DNA from: Paramicrosporidium saccamoebae KSL3
Lineage: Eukaryota > Fungi > Cryptomycota
Direction of reading: 5' to 3'
Length of the DNA: 22,102 nt
NCBI GenBank assembly: GCA_002794465.1
Contig: MTSL01000157.1
Coordinates: forward strand, 1 to 22,102
In this document: one piece after another, positions 6,819-15,748 of the stretch
Layout: each line of letters begins with the position of its first letter
Numbering within the stretch: the stretch's first letter is position 1
Program-made: the position numbers and the translations under genes
Notes under the pieces: model-generated
Databases searched by the model: none
What the model was told of the DNA's origin: nothing
The model's input: the letters and a program-made list of their open reading frames with translations, nothing else

Positions 6819-9800
6819 ATGCGTATACCGGGAAGTGTTCAAAAATTAGCCGCGGAATTACTAGTAGAGCGGAATGGGGAACAACTAGCACAGCTAATGG
6901 GGGTACTCCGGGGAGACGCTACATGGCGCGGCCCATTTGCTTGGTCGCTTCTTTTAGAGATGAAATCGCTTGATATGGACACGATATTGGCGGAATTGAT
7001 TTGGTGCGCCTGTGAGACAGTTCACGGCGTCGAGTCAAATCTCACCCTTAAATCGCACGATTTCGATCGTCTCCTCTGCGTCCTTACGGGCCGTCTAATC
7101 GAAACTCGACAGTATACATGGGCGTGTTGCTTGTGCTCATTACTGCACTCGCGACTAGCAGTGGCATGGTCAGATAGCCTCAATGAGGAGTTTGGAAAGT
7201 TGGCGCTGGGACGAGAATTCCTCAATGTTGTACCAAAACTTGCACCCTTGGAAGGGTTCGTTTCATTGTCAATTTCGTGCCAGTTGTACTGGTTACGGTT
7301 AGTGGCAGTCCGGAGGGTGTGCGATTTGGACAGGGTTGAAGAAATTCTTCTTGGGACTGATGGTATCCTTGCCGCGTTATCGAAAAAGCCATCTGACGTG
7401 GAGCATGCTCTCGAATTGCTCATGTATCATTGGCGACATGCTGTAATCTCAATCCTGAGCAATTCTTCTCAGGGAGAAAGAGTGATGGCAACAGAGTTAA
7501 ATTCCCCTCGGATGGAAAAGTTGACGGCAACAGGGTTGAATCCCCCTCACGTGGAAAGATTGATGGCTACAGAGCTGAAAATGTACAAAGAACTTGGAAG
7601 ACAAGCACACAGCCGGGAGGAGATTAGACTGGCAAGGCTAAAGAACCTGACTGTATATCTTTCTCAAGGGCCCATAGACATTGCCCAATCCCTATGGGAT
7701 TTTGATTTGGGATCTGTCTGCAACGGCGAACAGTATCTGGGACGCATAGAGAGCCTCCCAAAAGAGTCTTTATTGGCAATGATTCAATGGCCAAACATTC
7801 AAGCTTCTAGTCGGCTCATACTCCAACTTGTATATATACTTAAGAGTGAAGACGCATCGCTTCCCTGGAATATCTGTCCTCTTGAAGTGGATCCTTCAGT
7901 GGAAGTGTGGATTTCACAATACTGTGGGAAATGCTTGAGCAAAACAAGTCAGGCAGCCCAGCTGTCCCGAATTGTTTTGCAATTCCTGAATTCATATTCT
8001 GTGATCCGAAACGTAACAATCATGTTAGTCATTAATTTGTCTGTAGGAGGTGACGATGCGAGCTTACGAAGTCTGTCTGAGGTTCCTAGCGCTAAAATCA
8101 TCTGATGCGGCCATTATTAACGATGTGGTTTCAGGAGCCAGACGTTATCTGAAACTCAGTGTCCATTTTAATTCCCAAGAATCGGCCTTGGGGGTACTCC
8201 TTTCCGTTGCCAAAGGATTCGCGCATAACGGCCAACCTCGAATCTCCATTCATATTTTGGATGCATGTGCTAGCGTCATATCATGCAGCGAGCACGAGTC
8301 TCTTCTTGCAGAGACTGGAAGCAGTGTTTTAGCAAAGATTACTGAAGAGAATCTTGCACTCCCTCGTAATGAATCGCTGCTATTAAAGATTATCAAAGTT
8401 CTACCAAGAAAGACGTCGGATCCATCCCAGTGTTTGCGAATGATTGGCGAGAAGAGTGGATCATCCCAGATTTGGCTTGCAACACACTTGTCCATGCTGA
8501 GCTCAAAGTCTGCTTCAAGAGTTGCAACAGATTGGGCACAGATTGCAAATGCTCATCTTTTGAATTCTAACAATGAATCTAATCTTCTTGGAGTATTATT
8601 TGTATGGAGACATTTGGCAAAATTGGACACGCTTGATCTAGTTGAATCTGTTGGGAGATTACAATTTGATTCAACAGAAGTTTGCCATCTCGTCATTTCT
8701 TTACTATGTCTACTTGGCCATTCATCAATTGCCTCTACTATTGTATGCAACTCCCCCCCTCGGATACTGACAGAGACTTGGGATACTCGGCTCGATAAAT
8801 TGAAATCTTGCGGCTCTCAGGTTGAAAAATCTCAAGTTGAATTTTGTAAGGGCAATCTCAAAGAGTCTTACAAGATTGCGTCTGAAAAGTTTCATCTGCT
8901 GCTGTCAGAAATCAAAACACAAGCTATTCCGTTATCCGATACTTGGCTCCGGTATCATGAACTTTTCGTCACTGTTGAATGGCTCCTGTGCTTATGCGAC
9001 GCTGCTGGTGTTTGGAGACTGACTAGATTTTACACGAAAGCAGGTCTGAGCTATGCAGAGTCGCTCAATTTGAATCACTGGAAGAATCGGTTTATTGAAC
9101 ACCAACAGAATTTGCAAGAAAAACTCCAGACGACAAGGCCAGGTACCCATGCTGTAGCTAATGCAATCGCCGAGCCGCTACGTTTATCCGAAATTGCTAG
9201 ATGGATTGATTCTACGACTTGCCATCTCTCCAGCCAAAGGTCAAAGACTTTAAACCTAAGAATATTCCATGAACAGCATGGGGAATGTCTAGAAGCTCGA
9301 ATATTGTCGTTACTAAACTGGGCCTTGAGGTGTGGGAGTGGGATACAGTTTAGAAGAGCAGTGTGTCTGGCTCTTCAGACGGTCGAGGGGGTGGATTGTA
9401 TTGCAAGGCTAATACATCTTGCGAGGAGAAAGGAACTGTGTGATCCCTTTACGATGGCTTGGTGTTCAATCGATGAAGAGTTGAAGAAAACGCCCTGCTC
9501 TCTTGAGAAGAATGAAATTGTACTTTTCGTCGATGCTGACCGAAATCTTTTATATATTGGTCGGCATTTTCATCTAACAGTCTTTGTCAGAATAGAGCTA
9601 TGCAGTGCATTCATGACAGCGTTTGACAGAGTACAATGCATTGTTGAAGATAACAAGGCCGCGCTATTCAAGCCTGGCGCGGCACCTGTGGATGATACCT
9701 CTAAGCGAGCCTGGTGGATTGCCCGTTACGACTTGGAGAAGAGGCTCGCTAGCATTGTTACCGACATGGATTGTTGGCTGTCACCAGTCGTGCCATTTTT

Positions 9801-10692
9801 GACTTTTCCATCTCGAACCATTGACCTGCCTCTGAATCTGGAAAAGCACGATTCAGCTGACGGTTTGATTAGGTCTGTTTATTCAGTCTTGCAGTCTTGT
9901 GATACGGATCCAGAGTGTTTGCGACTCTTCCTACGGCAATTTAAAATGTCAGATGAATTAGTCGAATTGTTACTTCGACAACCAAAATTGGCTGATGAAG
10001 ATTCAAACCCCTTTATGACGCCAGCGGTAGAGTCAAAGCCAGTAATCAAGCTGATTCTTGACCGATATTTACACGAGTTCCCATGGGAATGCTGTACAAT
10101 ATTCAAACAGTCGCTGATGGTGCGGTCGTTTTTGTTTCCATCCATGGGGATAGATCAAATATCCAATATATCAGCAATTGTAAACCCCAGTGGAGATTTG
10201 CAACGCACAGAAGAGCAGCTGCGACCAGTAGTAGATGAAATGGCGCTCCGCCAGGTAATCGCCGGTCGCTCTCCTACCAAAGAAGAAATGCGCAACATTC
10301 TCACCCATTCCGATTTAGCTTTGTATTTTGGCCATGGCTCCGGCGAGGCATATCTGCCAATTGACGAAATAAGCACCCTTCCCTCGTGTGCTGCAACATT
10401 CTTGTTTGGGTGCAGTTCAGGTCGACTAAAGCCCACAGGCTCCTACAATGCAGAAGGTGCCCTCCTCGCCTTTCAGACAGCCAAAAGCCCCTTACTCCTT
10501 GCGAATCTGTGGGATGTGACCGATCGTGATATTGACAAGCTGACGATTGCGTTCCTTCGAGGCTTGAGATTGCCCGGAAGGTTGGATATTAAACAATATG
10601 CAGACTCGCTGCAAAAGGCACGCAGCTCCTGTCTGCTCCGTCTCCTTAATGGGGCTGCACCCATTCTCTACATCCAGGAGGGCAATTCTTGA
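6819..10692 (+). CDS. ESP1: Separase (peptidase C50), ~1279 aa; intron 8013-8046 joins the two ORFs in frame
   Basis: The C-terminal domain has WWIARYDLEKRL, LILDRYLHEFPWE, IVNPSGDLQRTE, LYFGHGSG (catalytic His), LFGCSSG (catalytic Cys), LANLWDVTDRDID and LLNGAAP. The 34-nt gtaaca...ctgtag intron is phase 0. Confidence 0.92.
7476..7583 (+). repeat. In-frame 39-bp tandem repeat (about 2.7 copies, 13 aa each) inside separase
   Basis: ERVMATELNSPRM / EKLTATGLNPPHV / ERLMATELKM, with units starting at 7476, 7515 and 7554. Confidence 0.8.
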
Positions 10693-10901
10693 ACGCCAGG
10701 GACATTCAAAGGAACTTGAACCAGAGAGACATTTCACAGTAACGGGCGAGCACCAGGGTCGCGGCCTTCGAACAGACGTCCCGCGATAGTTCGCCTGACG
10801 CTACCTCCGAGGCTAAAGGGACGCTTCTCTGATGACCACTACGCACAAGTCGCTAGTGGACAGATACGGAAGCCACAGTGCTATTATAATAACAAATTCT
10901 A

Positions 10902-11232
10902 TTAAGCTTTACTCTCTTCGTCACTATCAAATGCCTTTCGGACCCGATCCAATACTTCGTTCATATATAACAGTTCCTCCACCCTCGCAAGCTTCTTCTC
11001 GTCATGACGGAGGACGTGCAGTAGGTCATCGGTGCGGACTCGAGTCTGGGAGATGCGGGCAGCGGCGGTTATGGTGTCGGTGAGGTATTCAATGACGAGT
11101 TCCTCGACGAGCTCGACAGTGTCTTGACGCGGGTTGTTAGAGTCGCCAAAGCCAAAGAGCATTGACCGCACTAGCGGGTTAGTAAGAGGGTATGGCGGTA
11201 CGCTCCTTGACAAAGTAGTGTTTCTTCTTCAT
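10902..11232 (-). CDS. TAF13: TFIID subunit TAF13, 99 aa; intron 11201-11171 (31 nt)
   Basis: Spliced MKKKHYFVKELRSMLFGFGDSNNPRQDTVELVEELVIEYL...DLLHVLRHDEKKLARVEELLYMNEVLDRVRKAFD. The intron has a TACTAAC branch site. Confidence 0.93.
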
Positions 11233-11257
11233 GTGTTTACGTAATAAAATTATTTTA

Positions 11258-11947
11258 TTAAATTTCCAAATCATCATCGGGATCCTCCTCGTCATAGTCT
11301 CCGGCAAGGATTGGTTTTGAAATTGACTCTTCCTCCAGTTGCACCCTCAAGTGTGGGAGTAGCACATTTGCCTTGGCGCTTGCCTGATCAGTAGTAAGAT
11401 CCAGGTTGAATGTGGACGTCGGCACAGCCGAGCTGGTCGGCGTTGGCTGCGGTGCCTCTTCGACTTTACAGAATTTCCCATCCATGAACAGACAGGACTC
11501 TACCGTTGCCTTTCCTCCTGATATCCGACGGGTTACATGCAACATGCCATTTCCAAGTACCGTGACACAAATGTCTGACAGATACTTTATGGCGAGTGCT
11601 GTCTCGTCTGGAAGAATATCGGCCTGGATGTCGACCAATATGTAGGCAGGCGTCCGGCAGCTTCTGGCTTTGGCTGACATGGTCCTTATAGTGTTTGTGT
11701 ATGTCGCTTCATTTAGGAGCTGCACCGTCATGTCCTTAAGATACACTGGCCGTTGTATTTCTGTAGAGTCGAGTTGAGAAGCATCGATTACGGTCGCAGA
11801 CGTTGCCAATTTTTCCAAGACATCTTTTCCCGTGTTCATTGCAGTGTTAATGACGAGAATAAAATTTGCATGTATCTTGCCAGTGACCAACTCTTGAAGA
11901 ATTGAAACATTTGATATGGGTTTCCTGACAAACGCGGAAATGTCCAT
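11258..11947 (-). CDS. ELP5: Elongator complex subunit 5-like, 229 aa
   Basis: The C-terminal STFNLDLTTDQASAKANVLLPH and DYDEEDPDDDLEI are Elp5 signatures. The N-terminal part is divergent. Confidence 0.75.
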   Translation of the reverse strand: MDISAFVRKPISNVSILQELVTGKIHANFILVINTAMNTGKDVLEKLATSATVIDASQLDSTEIQRPVYLKDMTVQLLNEATYTNTIRTMSAKARSCRTPAYILVDIQADILPDETALAIKYLSDICVTVLGNGMLHVTRRISGGKATVESCLFMDGKFCKVEEAPQPTPTSSAVPTSTFNLDLTTDQASAKANVLLPHLRVQLEEESISKPILAGDYDEEDPDDDLEI

Positions 11948-12024
11948 TTTACTTCCCCGGTCACTTTAAAGCAACAAATAGTGAGATTGCGTACGTCACT
12001 ATGTTGGGTACGATCATGAGCTCG

Positions 12025-12192
12025 TTATAATTTTGATACTCGTCATAGGTATCATTTTGATTTTTGTTATAATTATGATACTTGTCATAGGTATCATTTT
12101 GATTTTTGTTATAGTTATGATACTTGTTCTAACTGTAATCCCGACGCTTGTTGTAATTCTGATACTCGCTCTTATTGTCATCCTGATACTAA
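12025..12192. repeat. 42-bp minisatellite, 4 copies of decreasing identity
   Basis: Units start at 12025, 12067, 12109 and 12151; consensus ttataattatgatacttgtcataggtatcattttgatttttg. Confidence 0.85.
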
Positions 12193-12230
12193 CTCGACTA
12201 TTCCTCAACCCCTCAACTTACCGCCTCCCT

Positions 12231-12315
12231 CCTCACCTCACCTCACCTCACCTCACCTCACCTCACCTCATCTCACCTCACCTCACCTCATCTCACCTCA
12301 CCTCACCTCGCCTCG
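12231..12315. repeat. (CCTCA)n pentamer microsatellite, 17 units (two TCTCA and two terminal CCTCG variants)
   Basis: Read directly from the sequence. Confidence 0.97.
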
Positions 12316-12498
12316 CCTACTCCAAATCAAGCCAGAGTGTTACCTAAAACGGCCTAATTGCCAACCCCTGCCCAATATCGGCCACTATATTAACCGACTG
12401 TCCAATTTGCGGACGCCACCATCTGATCGGCTAACGCGTAAACAACCGCGATCCAGGTAAGCGCCGCGTGGCGTGGATGGTAATGCGTAGGATCGCTA

Positions 12499-13614
12499 AT
12501 GGACAGTAAAGTACCGACAGGAGACCGGGAGCGACAGAGGGCGGGCTCGATGAGTGCCATTAATGCCACTGCTCCGCCGGGAAGTACGACCACCCATCTG
12601 GATTTAACGTGCGTAGGTTACCCGGCTAACATTGAACGGATGTTTGAGACATTCCATCAGAGTCCCCACGGCGATTTCAAGCCGACATTCTATAACCCCT
12701 TTGAAATCAAACATCGGAGGAGGACGACAAAGGCGCAATTCCGGGTGCTCGAGACAGCCTTCCAAGAGAACAACAAACCAAACGCCTCGTCGAGAAGAGC
12801 ACTGGCGGCCAAGTTGGGGATGACGCCGCGGGCGGTCCAGGTGTGGTTCCAGAATCGGCGTGCCAAGAATAAGACAGGGAAGGGACCAAGCGAGTCGTCC
12901 TCTCCGTCAATGTCAATCCACACAATGGAAGATCCAAGCCAGAGTCAGTGTCAGAGTCACTGTCAGGAGCAATGCAACAGTCAGAGTCACATCAATCCCC
13001 ACATCCACAGTCAGAAAATGCGCTCGCAATGTAGACAGTCGCCCGGATTGGGAAGACGACATTCCATGCCAGACATGCAGCCCAACCTTCAAGCCATGCT
13101 GCCGTTCCGGGAGCTGCACGAGGCAATCTTTGGAAAGTGCATGTCTAGACTCAATTTTGCAAACGATCAGAAGCCACGCAAGAACTCGGGATGCTCCATC
13201 AACTTTCTCAACTCGTTCCTCAATCTTGGCCTGACACCTGAGCAGTACTCTGCACCCCCCTCCACCCTCTACGATCCCATGATCAGCGGCGATTCTGCCC
13301 GCTCCAGTCAGGATCTGGCCACTCCCAGTATCTCTGCACCCGGCTCATCTCCCAGTCTGCCCACTGAGGAGCTCTTCCACCTCCGTAATCAGCCAAACGC
13401 AGCCGCTGTAGAGGCCATGGCTGCCCGACTCTCCTCCACCCTCTCTCCCGCCGAGTTGGATCTGCTTATCCAGAACGTCGCCCCCAAGATGGACTATTAC
13501 CCCTCTGCCGATCTAGCAGCATTGCTGTTTCCGGGAGAGGCGGTGAGTCCGATGGAGTTGATGGGCCAGGAGTTTTTGTTTGCGCAGCCCTTCCAAGAGG
13601 AAGGTCAATTTTAA
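12499..13614 (+). CDS. Homeodomain transcription factor (fungal/microsporidian HD-10-like); probable in-frame 33-nt intron 12584-12616 and probable 5'UTR intron 12457-12490
   Basis: FYNPFEIKHRRRTTKAQFRVLETAFQENNKPNASSRRALAAKLGMTPRAVQVWFQNRRAKNK is a Q50 homeodomain, followed by an S/Q/P-rich and acidic tail. The start codon and additional introns are uncertain. Confidence 0.92.
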   Translation: MDSKVPTGDRERQRAGSMSAINATAPPGSTTTHLDLTCVGYPANIERMFETFHQSPHGDFKPTFYNPFEIKHRRRTTKAQFRVLETAFQENNKPNASSRRALAAKLGMTPRAVQVWFQNRRAKNKTGKGPSESSSPSMSIHTMEDPSQSQCQSHCQEQCNSQSHINPHIHSQKMRSQCRQSPGLGRRHSMPDMQPNLQAMLPFRELHEAIFGKCMSRLNFANDQKPRKNSGCSINFLNSFLNLGLTPEQYSAPPSTLYDPMISGDSARSSQDLATPSISAPGSSPSLPTEELFHLRNQPNAAAVEAMAARLSSTLSPAELDLLIQNVAPKMDYYPSADLAALLFPGEAVSPMELMGQEFLFAQPFQEEGQF

Positions 13615-13961
13615 TCATCAATTTTGCCGCTAGCTGTATTCATAGCAATATTTATATTTTTTTCCTTGTATAAAGTTGATGTGAGTCGGCGATATATAGT
13701 CTGCTGATGGTTGGATTAGTTTTATTAAAGCATGTGACACCTTTATGTACTGTTACCCTTAATATTGCAGGAGCGGGTTGTGGGTGGGATCGCTATCTAG
13801 GTCGGACCCACCAATCATAAGCATGCACCGTTCAACAGAGTCTCGACTCTGTGAGAGAGTACACTTATGTATCACAAACCCTTTGGTCTTTACTATAACA
13901 AAAATCTCACACAGACCGCACGGATCACAACCCCTCGGTTGGGAGTATACCAAGTTTATTT

Positions 13962-14842
13962 CTATTCACACGACTTGTCATCGTCTTTGGAGCCTAATAA
14001 TTGCAAAGCAATGCTACCTTGCAATTCCTCCTCATCACTTGGAATTGCATCAAATGTAATGGGACGAATCCTTTTCCTCGTCCGTCGTCTTTTTTGTTCC
14101 CTGGGTGACTCTGGTGTCACTGCAGGCGTCAGTAGCCAATCTACCGTACCCTGCGTCGGTGATCCTTCACTTAGCACAAATCCCTTGGCATGGGGATTAT
14201 AGCTCTTTTTGAGTACAGTAACTTGTTCATTTTGGTAGTGGGTGACGGCAATAAATTCAGTCTCGGGGAACCGCAGTATCTGAATCCGCTTCGGATTGTC
14301 ACATTCGACAATTTGGACTGTCGGGATGTACCGGTGGAAGGACTGCAGACACACTGTCATGGGACTGTCACTTTCCCGGTTCGTCAATTTGATTTTATCG
14401 AAATTCAGCCCATTAAGTGTCATTTCGCTCCCCTTTAGTCTCTCATAGCAAACGATCTGCTCGGGCGTTTCGTCTATCCCGAGTCGCGAAGTCAGAAGCG
14501 GTATCCATCGGCCCTGTCTCCACTTCCACTTGTTCTCATCCATCGGTTCGATACTAATGCTAACCCGGTATTCGCGCTCCTCCTCCACTGCCATCCCTTC
14601 TTCTGGCACGAATCGCACTCGAAACAATGGGAACAAACACCGTCCTGCCTTGGTGATGATCATTTCGTTTTGTTGTGCGTGAAACTGTCGCCATAGATCC
14701 AATTCTACAAGTTCAGCACGCATGCGCCGTTTGAACTGGCCCACATTTTAGCTCACCTCGCTCGCAAGCTTAAGATGATACTAAACGCGGAGAAACTTAC
14801 AACCAATTGTTTTGTTTTAATTGAAAATGACAGCCATGTCAT
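13962..14842 (-). CDS. T-box (Brachyury-family) transcription factor; 5' end uncertain: either ATG 14723, or ATG 14842 with exon 14842-14801 spliced through intron 14800-14736
   Basis: LWRQFHAQQNEMIITKAGRCLFP, MDENKWKWRQGRW, LNFDKIKLTN, LQSFHRYIP and FPETEFIAVTHYQNEQVTVLKKSYNPHAKGF are T-box hallmarks. The ORF track start at 14744 is GTG directly behind a stop. The GTAAGT...GCTAA...CAG intron keeps the frame and removes a strong out-of-frame ATG at 14746. Confidence 0.9.
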
Positions 14843-15237
14843 GTGAGTCCTTTCGTTCGCCGTGCGGACAATACAGAGTTTCAATGGCATAGAGGGACTA
14901 TTCTAACCTGCATTACTCGATGTCAGGTCATTGGCAACGCACAAATTCTTCCGGCTGCCAATTCAAATCGCCCACGTTCTGGACTTTATTAATACTGCTC
15001 CCTCGCACACACTTTTGACTAGCCGCTGTTTCAAGTTTGCAAACCGATTGAGAACTGTAGAAACTATCCAATGTACATGACCGTGGCTAGTATAATTACG
15101 ATGCCTTCCTTGTTTGGATTTATAAGCATTTGCGCATTTACCCCAATCTGCTCTGTTTTCCTCCCGTTTTGTTCGACTTTTACTAATATAACTAAAAGCA
15201 GGCCTTTAAGAGAGCTTGGGCGCCCTGTGCGAGACTA

Positions 15238-15639
15238 ATGAGACTCGCGGCTATGTTGTACGGATTTGTCATTGGAATCAATGCTTCCACGAGCTTAGAA
15301 ACAGGGCCTAGTTTCGATACGTTTGACTTTTCTGGATTGGATTCTCCAAGAAACCCCTATATCGATTCAATTCAAGGACGTGGTGCGTCACCTCCGCCTT
15401 CAGGGCTGTCGTTTTCGAGCAGCAGCATACAGCTAGATATTTCTGTGGAGGCTCTCCGTAGTTCAGGGGACTCCCTGACAGCCCAGAATTCTCTATTTGT
15501 GGATGAGGTTGACTTTGCGAGTCGTTTACAGGACCATCAAGGCCGGATGGCCATAAAACGGCATAAAGCCTCCAAGGAGCGCCTCTCAAACAAACGACAT
15601 CCTAGGCTAGAGGGCTCGCCTAAGAAGGAGGGGTCGTAA
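15238..15639 (+). CDS. Hypothetical small secreted protein, 133 aa, with a basic C-terminus
   Basis: ATG-initiated ORF with a signal-like N-terminus MRLAAMLYGFVIGINA, a Ser-rich middle and KRHKASKERLSNKRHPR. No recognisable domain. Confidence 0.55.
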   Translation: MRLAAMLYGFVIGINASTSLETGPSFDTFDFSGLDSPRNPYIDSIQGRGASPPPSGLSFSSSSIQLDISVEALRSSGDSLTAQNSLFVDEVDFASRLQDHQGRMAIKRHKASKERLSNKRHPRLEGSPKKEGS

Positions 15640-15651
15640 TTCTTGTCATAT

Positions 15652-15678
15652 CTGTGATAGCTGTGATAGCTGTGATGA
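15652..15678. repeat. Three 9-bp tandem units CTGTGATAG/CTGTGATAG/CTGTGATGA upstream of ALG3
   Basis: Read directly from the sequence. Confidence 0.7.
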
Positions 15679-15748
15679 TTGCAATGTCAACGTTCAATAA
15701 ATTCGGCTGCCATGGCCGCAATTTGCCAATATAGGCTTGTTCATTAAG

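Noticed and set aside
9560-9580. Possible 21-nt in-frame intron in separase (gtcggc...ctaacag)
   Set aside because: The donor is weak, it is shorter than all well-supported introns, and it is not needed to keep the frame.
10690-10719. Reassignment of TGA to a sense codon
   Set aside because: ALG3 ends at TGA where homology ends, and no conserved gene in the window has an internal TGA.
10741-10860. tRNA or box C/D snoRNA in the separase-TAF13 spacer (TTCGA, TGATGA present)
   Set aside because: No cloverleaf can be built, and no D box or terminal stem follows the C-box-like motif.
12025-12192. CRISPR-like array
   Set aside because: The repeats are contiguous with no unique spacers, there are no cas genes, and the context is eukaryotic.
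12033-12347. Very hydrophobic 104-aa ORF (ILVIGII..., PHLTS repeats)
   Set aside because: It is simply the translation of the 42-bp and CCTCA repeats.
12499-13614. Mating-type (HD1/HD2) locus
   Set aside because: There is only one homeobox gene, with no divergent partner, no HMG gene and no TPT/RNA helicase flanks.
13735-13742. T-box half-site TGACACCT between the homeobox and T-box 3' ends
   Set aside because: A single 8-mer is expected by chance in 22 kb, and it is not in a promoter.
14827-14892. Plus-strand ATG followed by a convincing-looking 34-nt GTGAGT...ACAG intron
   Set aside because: Splicing gives a 5-aa peptide (MTAMS*) and the unspliced frame only 21 aa; at most it is non-coding.
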